DNA of 64,000 nt from Okamejei kenojei (taxonomy: Eukaryota): the NCBI GenBank assembly GCA_035221665.1, contig CM069156.1:14880001-14944000 (forward strand). The letters run 5' to 3'. Below the pieces are notes generated by a model. That model saw nothing but the letters and a program-made list of their open reading frames with translations. It was not told the origin of the DNA and ran no database searches. This document shows, piece after piece, positions 12,291-25,289 of this stretch. Position 1 is the stretch's first letter; every line of letters begins with the position of its first letter. Made by a program: the position numbers and the translations under genes.

Positions 12291-14639
12291 ACTTCTACTA
12301 TTTTAACATCCTTAAATACAACCAATATTGTACACGTTACTCCAAATGTGGTCTCACCAATTCTCTATATAACTAAACCTTAATCTCCCTGCTTTTGTAC
12401 TCAAATATCCCAATGCTTCATTTGTTTTTCTAGTACTCGCTGCACCTGCATGCTAACCTTTTGAGATCCGACTGCTTCTCAAACCTCTGCTATCGTTCAT
12501 CATTTTGATAAGATTCCTTTTTCAATTTTACCCCTAGACTGGATAATTTAATGTTTTCGCATATAACACTCCCTTTATCAGATCCATTTATGTCTCTTTA
12601 CTGCTTTATGTTGTCCTCACATCTTACTTTCCCATCTATCCGTGAATTTGGCAACCAAATCTTTGGCATTTTATATAAATTGTACAATATTATGACCCCA
12701 GCCCTGATCTCTGTGGCACACCACTCATTATATCTGCCATCAAAAGTGATTCATGCCTGCTGTCTGTTTTCTGTTAGCCAGCAACACTCCATCCATGCTA
12801 ATACGTTACCTCCAGCACCAGGAGCTTTTATTTTGCACAATAATCTTTGATGTGACACGTTATCAAATGCCCTCTGGAAATTTGAATGTAAAAATTTTAC
12901 TATGTTCCCTTTTTTTTCATAGCTGAAGTTGCTTCTTCAGAGCATCAAACTGGCCAACCAGAATTTCCTCCGCCAAAACCATTTTTGGCTTTGCTTGATT
13001 ACCTCGGATTGATATAATACATTTAATACCAGCTTCCAACACTTTCTCATTGACAGATGTTCAGCAAACTGTCCTTCTTTACCTCTCTCTCTCCTTTCTT
13101 ACTGTAAGTAGGCAGGATGTGAATTAATGTCATGGTGAATAAGACTCTGGAGATTACTTGCAGTTAATATGTGGTATTGGGAAACTAATCATGATTTGTA
13201 CCTCTTAAAAGCACAAATGCTCGGACTAATGGCACCAACTAGCAGCACATAAACACACACAGTGCGTTTTTGAACATGTTTTTATCGGCAATTAAAATTC
13301 ACGCCTTTATATTTTAATACATCACTTGATCGTCAGATTATAATGGATCATTATTTTATTTATTTTTTGGTGGATCATTTGTTTCTTTATTTATTGATGG
13401 ATCGTACCTCCCCAGTTTGGATTCTTTTTATAAATATTTGAATGCATGATGTCCCCATTCATTGTTAATTTTAACCCTACCAGTAATGGTCACCACCTAA
13501 CTCTGAGAGTATAAAAAGTTGAATAAATGTTCTGTGCATTCATATCTATGCCAGCACTCTAGATTGGGTGCCACGTTTTATACATGATTCCCCTCTGACA
13601 GTAAACAGCAGAGTTAGTAGCACAACTTCAAAGGTTTCACCCGCAGCTTCCTTCATTGGCTGCTGGTAGGTAATTGTAAACTTCCATTTGGAGCCTTGTT
13701 GTACAACAACTCATGTAAGATACACCGTGCAGGATTTCCCACGAGATTATAAGGCTGAATTTGTTGTCGATTCTTCACAACACAGCTGGAGGAGAAAACC
13801 TTATCAAAAAGTGATCAAAAATCTGGAAAACCGAACATTCCTTCTTCTGAGTGCATTAAAATTTAAAATACAAGCAATCTGCTCAAACGGAATATCAAAA
13901 CCAGGGAGAGGTTATCTCAGAATCCCAGGAGGGGGTTCAGAACAGCTGGTATGTGTGCTTGTCAGAATTCTCACCTGCTCTGGGTGAGAGAGCATACTGA
14001 ATATTTATGTACAAAGCAGTACAAAGGGAATGACATCTAAATCCATCAGAAAATAATTAAATGAGTTGAAAGGATATTGGAGAGCATGAGGCTGTGGCTG
14101 AAGAGGCAGGACTAACAACAACTGCTTCTGCTTCACTCAACTGACAAGGGCTTGTAGCTTGTTATTTGCGTGGTGCTCCGTTTATGTTACCCCGATATAT
14201 GCGAATGCAGGAGTTGTTTTTACAAACAAATAGTCCATAAAAACAGTGGGTTAGTTTTGTTTTATTGGTGTTGGTTGAGGTAGAGATATTGTCTGGTACT
14301 CGGGGGGCAAATCCCCTTCAGACTGTGCTTTGGAATCTCCAGCAGCTGCTTAATTTTAAGTAATAGCACTATTTTTGAACCCGACTATTTTTGCTGCTAA
14401 GTAGGAAGGCTGTAATTGCTGTCCTGGACGTTTATTAGTTAGGCTGGTGCTTCCATATGATGTGGGGGGAGTTCTGTACAGTATTTTCCCACCATGGATA
14501 CCAAATATATTGGTGTCTATTAGAGCAGCTGGCTAGTGTAGGGTAGGGCATAAGTTTAAAAGACAATAACTGAGCATCCCATCCACTAGTCAAGTGAATG
14601 AAACTAACTCCTTGGTTCAGAGACAGATCTATTCCATGG

Positions 14640-14830
14640 AGGTGACACAGCTGCTGCCTCACAGCTCCAGTGGCCCAGGTTTGATCCTGACTCCTGGTGC
14701 TGTGTGTGTGTGTGTGTGTGTGTGCGCGTGTGTGTGTGGAGTCTGCACATTTTGCATGGGTTTTCTCCAGGAACTTTAGTTTCCTTCCACATCCCAAAGA
14801 CATGTGGGCAATAAGTTAATTGGTCACTTT
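14640..14830 (+). mobile_element. Partial V-SINE with internal (TG)n expansion
   Basis: Head and V-domain similarity; (TG)n at ~14701-14738. Confidence 0.65.
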
Positions 14831-15974
14831 GAAAAGACAAAAACATGAGCAGCTACTCCAATTTTGGCCTCACAACATCATGTACATTAAAACAAATACT
14901 TCGACAAAAGGAACTGCAGGTGCTGGATTTTAAAAAGACACAAAGTGCTGAATAATCCAGGCAGCATCTCTGGAGAACATGGATAGACAATGTTTTGGAC
15001 TGGGACCCTTCCTCAGACCCTCTTTCCTGTTTCTTAATTCCAACCATCGTGCAAAAATAGGTCAAAATGCCATTTGCTTTGCCAACTTTTTACTGCAACT
15101 GTCTAGAATTCCCAGATCTCTGTATTCCACTAATTGCAATAGCCATTGCTCTTCATTAAGGTAACAGCTTGCCTTTAGATTCCTCTTACCAGTGCATGGT
15201 ATTTCCCCACATTCAACTTTAATTTCCAGGTTTTCGGCAGTTATTCAACCTATCTACATCCTGCTGCAGAATCCAAGGTTATAGCTCCAAAACTCACAAT
15301 CAATTGCAAAGTATCACACCTACTGAGAAGTTGAGGTAATCATGGGTTCTTTCTTTTATTCCTTAAATCACTGTCGGTGCACCCTAAAGTCAATTAACAC
15401 TCAAATAAGTTTTTTTTTTGTCACAATCCATACTCCAAGTAGAACACCTCTACCGTTCCAACCCCTCCATGACCTATATATGTTGTCAGACTGGCTGACT
15501 GCTCTATAATTGGTTGGCCATAAATTTCACTAGCTTGTCAACTGCACCCTTACAAAAATGTGAACTCCCAAGACCCCAATACTTTAAATGTAAATAAAGC
15601 TACTTATAATTGTTTTAATCCCTTTATGGTCTTGATCCAATTGGCTTTCTCACCTAATCCAAACCTGCAATCTAATCCCCTTCCTCAGTTCTCCATTCTT
15701 TGGGTATCCTACATATCTCTCCTCTTCAGTCTTCTGGTAATAATGCCATTAGGTCCCATAACCTGTAGCTCCCCTCATCAATCTGTGCAATTCTCTTTGA
15801 GATTGTCCTTCCAACCCACTCCTTACCCAGGGATTTCTCACCATTCTTTGGTTTAATGTCCCTTACCCCTTAGGAGAGCATGAGGTATTTTACATATCCA
15901 AGCACAAAGTAGAATTTAATATTGCTGTTCAATATTGTGAGTGTTCAATAAACAAATGTGAAGCTTTATTTAAA

Positions 15975-16718
15975 TTCAAATCAAAATTTCCTTTCTTAGT
16001 TACTAAATTACACAGAAACACCCAATTTTGGAAAACACTTCCCATCTCACTAGTTGGTAGAATTAACGCCATAAAGATGATTTTTCTCCCACAACTATTA
16101 TACTTATTCCAATCAATTCCAATATATCTTCCAACATTTTTTTTTATCGATAATCAACTGGACCCAGATCCAAAATTAATAATACTAGGATTATCAGAAC
16201 ATACCACAAACTTTACGATAAGCCAGAGACACTTCCTTGATTACAGTTTAATAACTGCGAAAAAAGTAATACTTAAATTTTGGAAAAAACCAACAACCCC
16301 CAAAATTAAAATGTGGATTACGGAAATGACCGAGACCTTGCATTTGGAAAAAATAATATTTGTCTTAATTGACAAACCAGAACTTTTTTTAAAATATGGT
16401 CTCCATTTATTTAATTTTTTTTAATGTAAATTGGTTTAACACAAAATTAAAGTCACAACTTGAGTTTAGGGTTGGATGAACAACTATATTAACATCTCCC
16501 GGATCTATCTCCACAATCGTTATATTTGTAATCTCCTTTCTTTCTTGCTCTCCTTTCCGTTCTATTAGTTTACAGTTTCTCTTATCTCTTACTTTCTCTA
16601 TTTCTTTTCTTTAAAAAAAACTTTAAAAATTGAAGCTATGTAAGAACTCTGTACCCAGTTTGTCGTGTATTATCATTTGTACATATGCTTTTAATTTTTT
16701 TAAAAAAATAAATAAATA
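15975..16718 (+). mobile_element. L1-clade LINE 3' fragment with internal deletion
   Basis: FWKTLPISLVGRINAIKMIFLPQLLYLFQSIPIYLP and AKKVILKFWK...WITEM (L1 ORF2 C-terminus); pyrimidine-rich 3'UTR and A-rich tail. Confidence 0.85.
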
Positions 16719-18025
16719 GATTTGCGAGGCTCATAAATGTTGGAAAATTTTAAAAATAGCAAAGGGAGTTTTTAAAAACTCTGCGTCATTGGTTTGTAAT
16801 ATGTCTTTAAGCCGGGTCTTTCTGATCTCTGTGCTTTCACACTGATCTATAATAGATAGGATAGTTGTGTGGTGTGCCTGCTTCACATAGTAATATCGTT
16901 AGCATTCAACGTGCTGGCCTAAAGTCTCAACATCTAAATAGATAAAGCCTGCTGCCTCACAAATAAACCATTGCCTTTTTCACGAATTTGTGCCTTTAGG
17001 AAAACATTGCACAGTTAAAGTCTGAGGAGCCACGGCATGCAAATGTGACATTCTATTTCAGTATTTGCCTTATCAATACAGTGCATCCCAGTGTTTACAA
17101 TGTTCACAAAGTAAACCTAATCTGGCTTGCTCATTGATTACTGCCCTGTCTAGATTAACAGATGTTTATGCTTCCTTCAGAGAAGCCTAGCTAGGTGCAA
17201 GAACCCACTGCAAATGGCAGCCATGTCTCATGTAAGGCAATCGCCCCCTGACACATATGGAAGCTTAGAAAACATTATCTGTATCCCTATCAGCAGCAGC
17301 TATTGGAAATTAAAGTAGATGAACCTCAATGCTGAAGATAAAAATTGAAGTGTAATAAATGACAGGTACATTTCCACGGCAAGTGTTTTAAACAAGTTTG
17401 CTGAATGTTCCCAATAATAAATGTTTACCAAAAGAAAACTAGCGATGTCTCACTTTCATCTTAGAAACACAAGCATCTAACACCCTAAGGAGTATCAAAG
17501 GCAGAGAGTGCTTCATTATTTCAGGAAGCTGTGGTCCGCACAAACTACTCTGTATCTGAGTGCTGCTCTGCACCAGATGTAATATTGGCTGCCTGACCGC
17601 AGAGCAGTTCTGATCAAAACCGTTTCATGCATCATATTTAACACAGGAAATGTATATTCCCTCACCAACTAGCTTGACTGAACCATCAGTTATTGTATCA
17701 AAAGAAGTAAACGCTGAACAACTGGGTGTGCAATCCTAATTGCAACCTGCAGTGGTTTATCATGCCATTCAGCTGGACCATGCAGTCACGTACAAAGCGT
17801 GACTAAAACTGGGCGGACCACCAATTAATGACCAACTGGCAATGACCTGCATTGGACACGAACAGGATTAAGATACAGTGTGTAGGAAGGAACCGCAGAT
17901 GCTTGTTTAAACCGAAGATAGGTACAAAATGCTGGAGTAACTCAGCGGGACAGGCAGCATCTCTGGAGAGAAGGAATGGGTTATGTTTCGGGTCGAGACC
18001 CTTCTACAAACAGCTCTGGAGAAGG

Positions 18026-18613
18026 TGTTAAAGAAGGAACTGCAGATGCTGGAGAATCGAGGGTACACAAAAGGCTGGAGAAACGGGTGCAGCAGCATCT
18101 AAGGAGTGAAGGAGATAGGCGACGTTTCGGGTCGAGACCCTTCTTCAGACTGGTCAGAGATCAGGGAAACGTGAGATATAGACGGTGATGTGGAGAGATA
18201 AAGAACAATGAATGAAAGATATGCAAAAAAGTATCGATGATAAAGGGAACAAGCCATTGTAAGCTGTTTGTGGTGTGAAAATGAGAAGCTGATGCAACTA
18301 GGGTGGGGGAGGGAGATAGAGAGAGAGAGGGAATGCCAGGGCCCGAGGGCTGAGGGAGAGGTGGGAAGGGGAGGAGACAGCAAGGGTTAACAGAATTGAG
18401 AAAATTCAATGTTCAAGCCCAAAGGATGCAGACTCCCCAAGCGGAATATGAGGTGCTGTTCCTCCAACTTGCGGTGTTGCTCACTCTGGCCGTGGAGGAG
18501 ACCCAGGACCGAGAGGTCGGATACGGAATGCGAGGGGGATTTGAAGTGCTGAGCCACCGGGAGGTCGGGTTGGTTAACGCGGACCGAGCGGAGGTGTTCG
18601 GCGAAACGATCGC
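18026..18613 (-). mobile_element. PLE 3' fragment, same young family as 49739-50887
   Basis: Near-identical to 49740-50295 plus the tail; TSD cagctctggagaagg(t) at 18011-18025 and 18614-18628. Confidence 0.9.
18121..18148 (-). ncRNA. Minimal hammerhead ribozyme core (intact)
   Basis: Reverse complement is CTGAAGAAGGGTCTCGACCCGAAACGTC. Confidence 0.72.
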
Positions 18614-19022
18614 CAGCTCTGGAGAAGGTCTTGATTCTAAAACGTCACCCATTCCTTGTCTCCAGAGATGCAGCCTGTCCCGCTGAGTTACTCCAGCATT
18701 TTGTGTCTATCTTCAGGATAAAGATACACCCCACTGTCAACCACACCATGTGCTCCTCAGGAACGTCTTGGGGCATGTGTGCTAAGTATGAAAACTATCT
18801 CACATTGTGGCAGGTTTCATGCGGACATACAAAGTGGTACATTGTGGCAGGAAGAATGAGGCAATGCAGTGTTGAACTAGGTGGTAAAATGTTAAAGCAA
18901 AGGTGCAGGAATTAACAGACGTGTACATGCTTAATTCATTGATTGTGTCAGAGCAGTTTAAGAAAACATGTAGGTTCCTGGGCTTCACAAGCCAGGGCAG
19001 ATTGTAAAAAAACAGACAGGTT

Positions 19023-19365
19023 TGGTTGAACCTCTACAAACGTTGACTGAAGTATTGCATTATATTGCCTGTACTTTAGCTACATCATGTAGGCCTTAGA
19101 GAGGCTTCAGAAAATATTTTCCAGAATGAGGGAAGATGTGGGAAATCTTGGATCGTCTCCTCTGGAGCAGTGAAGATGATTTATATGGGATTTATATGGT
19201 TGAACCTCTACAAACATTGACTGAAGTATTGCATTATATTGCCTGTACTTTAGCTACATCATGTAGGCCTTAGAGAGGCTTCAGAAAATATTTTCCAGAA
19301 TGAGGGAAGATGTGGGAAATCTTGGATCGTCTCCTCTGGAGCAGTGAAGATGATTTATATGGGAT
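19023..19365 (+). repeat. 174-bp-period tandem duplication within a degraded CR1 fragment (~18880-19640)
   Basis: 19023-19191 vs 19197-19365; one mismatch seen. Confidence 0.9.
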
Positions 19366-20664
19366 AAGTGGAGAAAAAAATATTCCCATTAGTGGAGGGA
19401 TCAAGGACCAAAAGATATGGATTTAAAAGTTCCAAGACATGAGGAACATGTTTTTTTAAACATAACAAGAAATTACTTGAAAACAAGGTGGATGCAGATT
19501 CGTCTGTGGCTTTCAAAAGGCAATTGATAGATACATGAAGTGAAAGAAATTGCCAGGTCATATGGAGGATAAAGGTGATTGGGTCGGTTTTAATTGCAGG
19601 GCAGACTCAATGGGCTAAATATTCTCCCACAGTGCAATGATTAACCAAGCACAGCCTGCCACTGGCTACCCCACACGATCATACCTTTCTGCCTGTGTGA
19701 CGGACTTGCTTAACACAATCTTTCAGAATGTTCTGTCCCACAAGCAGAAAAGACATGTAGCAGTGGTGATCTAACAGTCACAATGAGGGGGCTCTGGGAG
19801 CCTCCAGCATTAACATGACATTTCATGGCATGAGGTCCATTGCAGCCCAAGTAAGCCTCCTGCAGGTAACTGTCTTAACATCTCCCATCTTGCTACCCTG
19901 ATCAATCAATACTCCGCTCCGTAGAACATCTCTTGGCAGCAAAGCCACATAGTAAACTCAGACTTGGGGCCTTAAAGTATCCATTGATGGACATGGGTCA
20001 GTAGAGTCACCACTAGCTAAAACATAAAAATGTTGGAAACACTGGCAACACCTGTGGAAGAAGGAACGATTAACATTTTGGATTCAGAGCCTTTCATCAG
20101 AACTGGGAGAGACAGAAATACAAGTTTTCTCTTACTCTACTTAAAAACTAAAGTGCATTTCTCTCTTTTCTAGGGTGTTCGACCTGAAATGTTTCCAGTA
20201 TTTTCAGTTTTTGTCTGATTGTTTATGGATTAGCACTTTGCCTGCGCCTGGGTAACAATTAGGGTAGACCTATATTTTTTGAGCTGGGTAGGAGAAAGAC
20301 AGAATCTAGATTTGCATCCATATTTCTGTCCATGCTCCATGGTTTAGATTTGAGCTTCCAGATGACGGCTTAGTAAGAAAATCAATATGACAATCTATAC
20401 ATTTGCCATCAGCATTCACCGATTCACAATAACTACCTATAGCTGGGGAACAGCAACACAATGCGAGTCTTGAGAAAACATGCATTAAGAGAAAAAGATC
20501 AGTTCACAAATGTGGTTAAAAGTTCCAACAACAATAATTTATAGGTCTTGGATATCACTATGTTTATTAACATATTTGAATGATATACAGACAAAGAGAT
20601 ACTGAGGGAGATAACTGTCCCCCTAGACTAGCAATGCAGAGACCCAGATTAATGAGCTGCCTAA

Positions 20665-20981
20665 TGGGCCTGTCCCATTTACGCGACTTTTTCGGTGACT
20701 ACCGGCGACTATAGGTCTTTCCAGGTCGGCGAAAATTTTCAACCTGTTGAAATTCAGCGACGACCAGAAAGACGCTACAACTCTGAGGCGACTACTCACG
20801 ACCATACAGGCGACACCATGGCGACATGTCGCGGGGTGAAGCCTGTATGGTCGTGAGTAGTTGCCCAAAGACTCGTACCGCATTCTGGTCGCCACTGGAT
20901 TTTCTACATGTTGAAAATTTTCAACGACCTATGACGGGTGCCGGCAGTCACCGAAAAAGTCGCGTAAGTGGGCCAGGCCCA
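20665..20981. mobile_element. Non-autonomous PIF/Harbinger-type MITE
   Basis: ~42-bp TIRs tgggcctgtcccatttacgcgactttttcggtgactaccggc / gccggcagtcaccgaaaaagtcgcgtaagtgggccaggccca; TAA on both sides (20662-20664, 20982-20984); inserted in an older SINE. Confidence 0.85.
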
Positions 20982-21752
20982 TAAATCTCACTATGGCAGT
21001 TGCAGAACTCAATCTCGATTAATGAATTAAACTTGGAGTAAAAAAAGCTAGCATCAATAATGGCAACCTAAAAGCTCATGTCATAAAACCCCATTTTGTT
21101 CACTAAGGTCTTTCAGGGAAGGATATCTGGCCAACTTGTCCATCCCAGACTATACGTGACTCCAGACCCACTAATGTCATCTGAGTTTGAACTGTCACAT
21201 AGTTCCGGGTACCAGGGAAACATGGGCTCGTTAGTGATGTGCAAATTGATTGAAGCAAGAGGTATATTCACCAGGGGGTAAAACAATTGGCGGCTTTAGT
21301 CTGATTATAAATTATTTCCTGTCGTAGGCAGCAAGCTGCATCCCAGCCATACCCTAACAGCAGTGTGTAGAAAGCAACTCTGCTGCCAGAAAGCATAACC
21401 GTACAATACGCAGTGCTTACAGTGCTCTTAACTCAGGTGCCATGTTTTGACCTGGAGTTAGCCCATAAATTGAATTTATTAGCTTCACACTGATGATCCT
21501 GAGCTGTTATTGGCAGAGGGGTCTAGCTCAGACATCTGCCGGTTTGCATCAAGTCCAGTTATACTCGGTAGTACTGTAAAATTCTGGTACTGTATTAGGA
21601 CCTGATCTCTCTCTCGTCCTCAGATCTTCCACAGACTTGGGGCAGAGCACATGGAGATCTGTTCTGCAGGGCATTGTGTGTGTGTAAGTTTGGGGCCCTA
21701 TCTTGTTCAGCTACAGGATCGAAGTGTATAATGAGGTTGTTTTTCTTTCTAG

Positions 21753-22256
21753 GTAATCACCGATACATTTTTGGCTGGTCAGGTGTCGCTGGAGAGCTTC
21801 CTGCAGAAGTACCTCAGGACGCGGAAGCTTTGCCATGTGAGAAAAACACAAGTGGAGAAGCTGCAAGAAGTGATAAGAAAGGACAAGCAGAGTCAGCGGC
21901 AAGGGTTGCCACAGAGGCCAGAACAGCGAGTGGTCCTGCACCATGCCCCTGCCAAACTGAGAAATGGACCAGTGGGTCACGTGCTGCACCAGCGTCAGGG
22001 CTTCAGGCCCGCAATCGTCGTAACCCCAGAGACCAGCAGTCCTTTCCTTGCACCATCACCGCTTCCTCAGAGCAGGAACCTGCCTCCGCTCAGCTTACGT
22101 GAGCACCAAGTTGCATCCCCGCAGCCTAACACTCCGTTTGCACCCCTGGCGCTTCGCTCAGGCCTGCGCTTGTTGGGCCAGCTTCCAATATGGACTCCTC
22201 GGCCATTTAAGATCCAGCGGGAGTACCCGGTGCAGAAGCAGCCTCCCTACCGATAG
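21753..22256 (+). CDS. VPS37D: VPS37D last coding exon
   Basis: Acceptor ttttctttctag, then VITDTFLAGQVSLESFLQKYLRTRKLCHVRKTQVEKLQEVIR (VPS37 C-terminal Mod(r) motif) and a Pro-rich tail ending GLRLLGQLPIWTPRPF...QPPYR*. Paralog call rests on the C-terminus and adjacency to DNAJC30. Confidence 0.85.
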   Translation, partial: VITDTFLAGQVSLESFLQKYLRTRKLCHVRKTQVEKLQEVIRKDKQSQRQGLPQRPEQRVVLHHAPAKLRNGPVGHVLHQRQGFRPAIVVTPETSSPFLAPSPLPQSRNLPPLSLREHQVASPQPNTPFAPLALRSGLRLLGQLPIWTPRPFKIQREYPVQKQPPYR

Positions 22257-22389
22257 GAGCAGGCACGGGCCTTCCAAATCTAGCTCTGTGCAAACCACTG
22301 CAGGTGGGGGACAGCAGAAGAACACATTGTGGACAAAACCGCATCCAAAATATCTCGTCGGGAAAGGAAGGAGAGAAGAGAGTGAGTGA

Positions 22390-22520
22390 AGGTAGACACT
22401 GTCTCGACCCGAAACGTCACCCATTCCTTCTCTCCAGAGCTGCTGTCTGTCCTGCTGAGTTACGTCAGCATTTAGTGTCTACCTTTGATTTAAACCAGCA
22501 TCTACAGTTCTTTCCTACAC
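22390..22520 (+). mobile_element. Minimal PLE-end insertion ~130 nt downstream of the VPS37D stop codon
   Basis: Perfect 14-bp TSD aagagagtgagtga (22376-22389, 22521-22534); 11-bp inverted arm aggtagacact; 3' half of the hammerhead only. Confidence 0.8.
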
Positions 22521-25289
22521 AAGAGAGTGAGTGATTTATGTGGAAGACTTTTTTGGAAGGTCGGGTCAATGGAGGAGAAGTGGATTTTCAAGACGGGATC
22601 TTGGATAGCTCCTCAGCATGTTTGTAAAACAAAAGGTGGAAATCCTGTGTGATACTGAGCAAGAGGTGTCAAAAGGATTGGCACCATCTGATTAAATGAC
22701 CGTCTCTTCATAACTAGTTAATTCTAGGATTTGCCATGAAGAAATATTTCAAACTCCCATTTTACAACAATGGATTTTCTACTTTTATTTTCCGAGGATC
22801 ATTCTTTACGAATGTATCGACTTTCCATGAGAACCACACTAACTGGCCTGGAATGTACGTCATGAACACATGTGCAAGACATGATGAATGTTTCTATTAT
22901 ATATTTCCTGATACAGCCAGTGAAATGAGTAGCTCTAAAATGAAGATCTGTCTGATTTTATCCTACTTTGCTCCCAGGTTTGAATGTCTAAAGATGACTA
23001 CACCTTAGAAATTGGGCTCCCTCCCTTAGGTCAATATTGTTTAGTTGCAGCTCAGTTCTGAATGGGACTGGAACTGCTCTAGGTTACAGCTGGTGAGTTT
23101 GTGTAGACTCTCTCAAATGGTATCGTAAATGAAACAACACAAATATCTGCCTGTCAGAAAACAAAATCAAGCCCAACTTTTTCATGCAACCTCTGGCAAT
23201 CGATTAGATGATGGGGAATTCCTCCTGAGTGCATCACGATGGGTGGTTTCCTATCTTTGAACTAACCAACCTAGTGCGAGGATGGCTCTCTATGTTTGGG
23301 AGTAAGTGGCTATCAGTAAATGTTCATTTTGTACCTGGTGCTGTGAAAGGTAAATAGGTGATAAATGCCTCCAATGTACATTCTGCATTTACACTCATCT
23401 CATGTACAAACACAACAAAATTCATCTGACCTTGCATGATTTGCCATAAATCTTCTTAAAGACCCTGCTCTTCCATCTGTTTTGGCAATTTCTGGTTCAT
23501 TGTCAATTTTTGGTTCATTGTCAAACAGCAAAGTTGAATACCTGCAACTTTGAAGTAACACTTAGTTGTCCAACAAACAAAACTGAAAATTAACGCTATT
23601 TCCTGATCTACAATGATCCATAATCTAATCGTGGAAGTATTCACCAAAGGTAAATGTCACTCTTGGTTTCAAAACCTTCTATTAAAAATAGAAATCAAGT
23701 CACTGACATGAAATTTGGAAGCATTTACAATTTCCCTTGTGAATGAATTCAACCGATTACCAGAAGCAACCTTGACCTGCATTTGCATATTAACATTAGT
23801 ACTGGTAAGGAGATGGGCCAAATTAGTAGTCAGATCTCACACTGGTGCTTCACACACCAAATTGCTTTGAAAAATGCCACACAAGTTCATCCAAATCTAA
23901 ATAAAATTAAGCCACTCGATAAGTTTACAGCCAGTTTCAGACCTGTTTTGCTTCACTACGGAATTAATAACTTGAACAATTACATTTATGTGGCTACTCT
24001 GCAGCTCTGTACCAGCTCGTGTAGGTTTAAAGTGTATGGGTATCCTGGTTCCTCCTGGTTTAGTCAAGTACTCATGTACCCAAGTTATTCTCACTGGTTG
24101 CAGCAGTTATATACATTTCATAGGCAAGATCTGTATATGATATCTTACTCTTTAGTAAATGGCTGCAGGGTTCCAGGAAACAGGATTTCAATATATTAAA
24201 TAACCTCATCCTTGAGTACGAAAGAGCACAGAGGCTAAAGGAGCAGTCAGCGTGAATTTAGAACTACTAGGTCGTGATCCATTAATCCTCTGGAATTCTT
24301 TGAGGAAGGAATTATCGAACTGAACTGAAATGGAAATATAATAGATTTAGAATTTTAGTTGTTTGGTGGTGTGAGGCTGTTCGTTGTAGATATGCGGCGT
24401 GGAACAAATAGGATATGAGCTTTGGAATAAAATGGTAAGAAATGGAAGATGCTGAGGTTTTTGAATGGAGAAGTTTCTCTGGAAATAGTAGTATATACAC
24501 GATGGCGTACTATGGATGCCATTTGATTGCAGCATTCTTCCTATAGGTTTCTGACACTTGCAGCTGACATCAAGTTAAGAAGTATCAGGGAGATAAATAG
24601 CCTTCAGAAAGATTGGGAGCATTTCAAACAGATGCACCAATTGTTTTCAGTCATATGGGTAGTTATAATAGTCATAATGACTATTTAATGATTTTGTCTC
24701 CCATTTTTGAACATCCCCAGTTACCAAATCTTACACCGACTATTATATTCATTGGATAGCGCATCTTCTTGCAATCTTTATTCATTAATTCTCAGACGCG
24801 TTGTGTGTGAACTGGTTCTTACTGCCCTCAAAACCTATTTGCTTGCCAGGTGGATTTTAATACAGATTTACCACTGACTACCTGTGGACCAATACTGAAA
24901 AAAAGCTAAGCAATAAAATGTTAAGATCAGAGTAACATGTGTTACACTGCAGCGAAGCTGGACTTCAGATTACATTTGTGGGAATCCACAAAGAAATCTT
25001 AGTTTAAAAAAAAAAGAGAGACACAAGAGACTGCAGTTGCTGGAATCTTGAGTAAAAAGCAAATTGCCGGAGTAACTTATTAGTCCGGCAGCATCAATGG
25101 AGGGAAAGGGGCAGACTACATTTTGGAATGAAACAAAATGTTATCTGTCCATTTACCTCCACAGTTTCCGCATGACCCACTGAGTTCCGTCAGCAGTTTG
25201 CTTTTTACTTTTTAAAAAAAAACACACTTTTCCCTTAAAATTTGGATACAATGCTTTTCTTTGTGCAATCAGCTAACAGCACTGCCAAT

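Larger units (their letters stand above)
17880..18714. mobile_element. Older PLE-derived foldback element (arms ~17880-18008 and ~18630-18714) hosting the 18026-18613 insertion
   Basis: Inverted gctggagtaactcagcgggacaggcagcatctctggag arms; TSD aggat(t/a)aagataca at 17865-17878 and 18715-18728. Confidence 0.8.

Noticed and set aside
17925-17975. Recurrent gctggagtaactcagc motif as a CRISPR-like repeat
   Set aside because: Dispersed, in both orientations, part of the PLE end repeat in a vertebrate genome; no regular spacers.
22239-22253. C-terminal QPPYR of VPS37D as a PPxY WW-binding motif
   Set aside because: Spacing is P-P-Y, not P-P-x-Y.
21674-22389. Alternative-frame ORFs over the VPS37D last exon
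   Set aside because: Shadows of a GC-rich exon; only the 21753 frame gives VPS37 motifs and a compatible splice phase.
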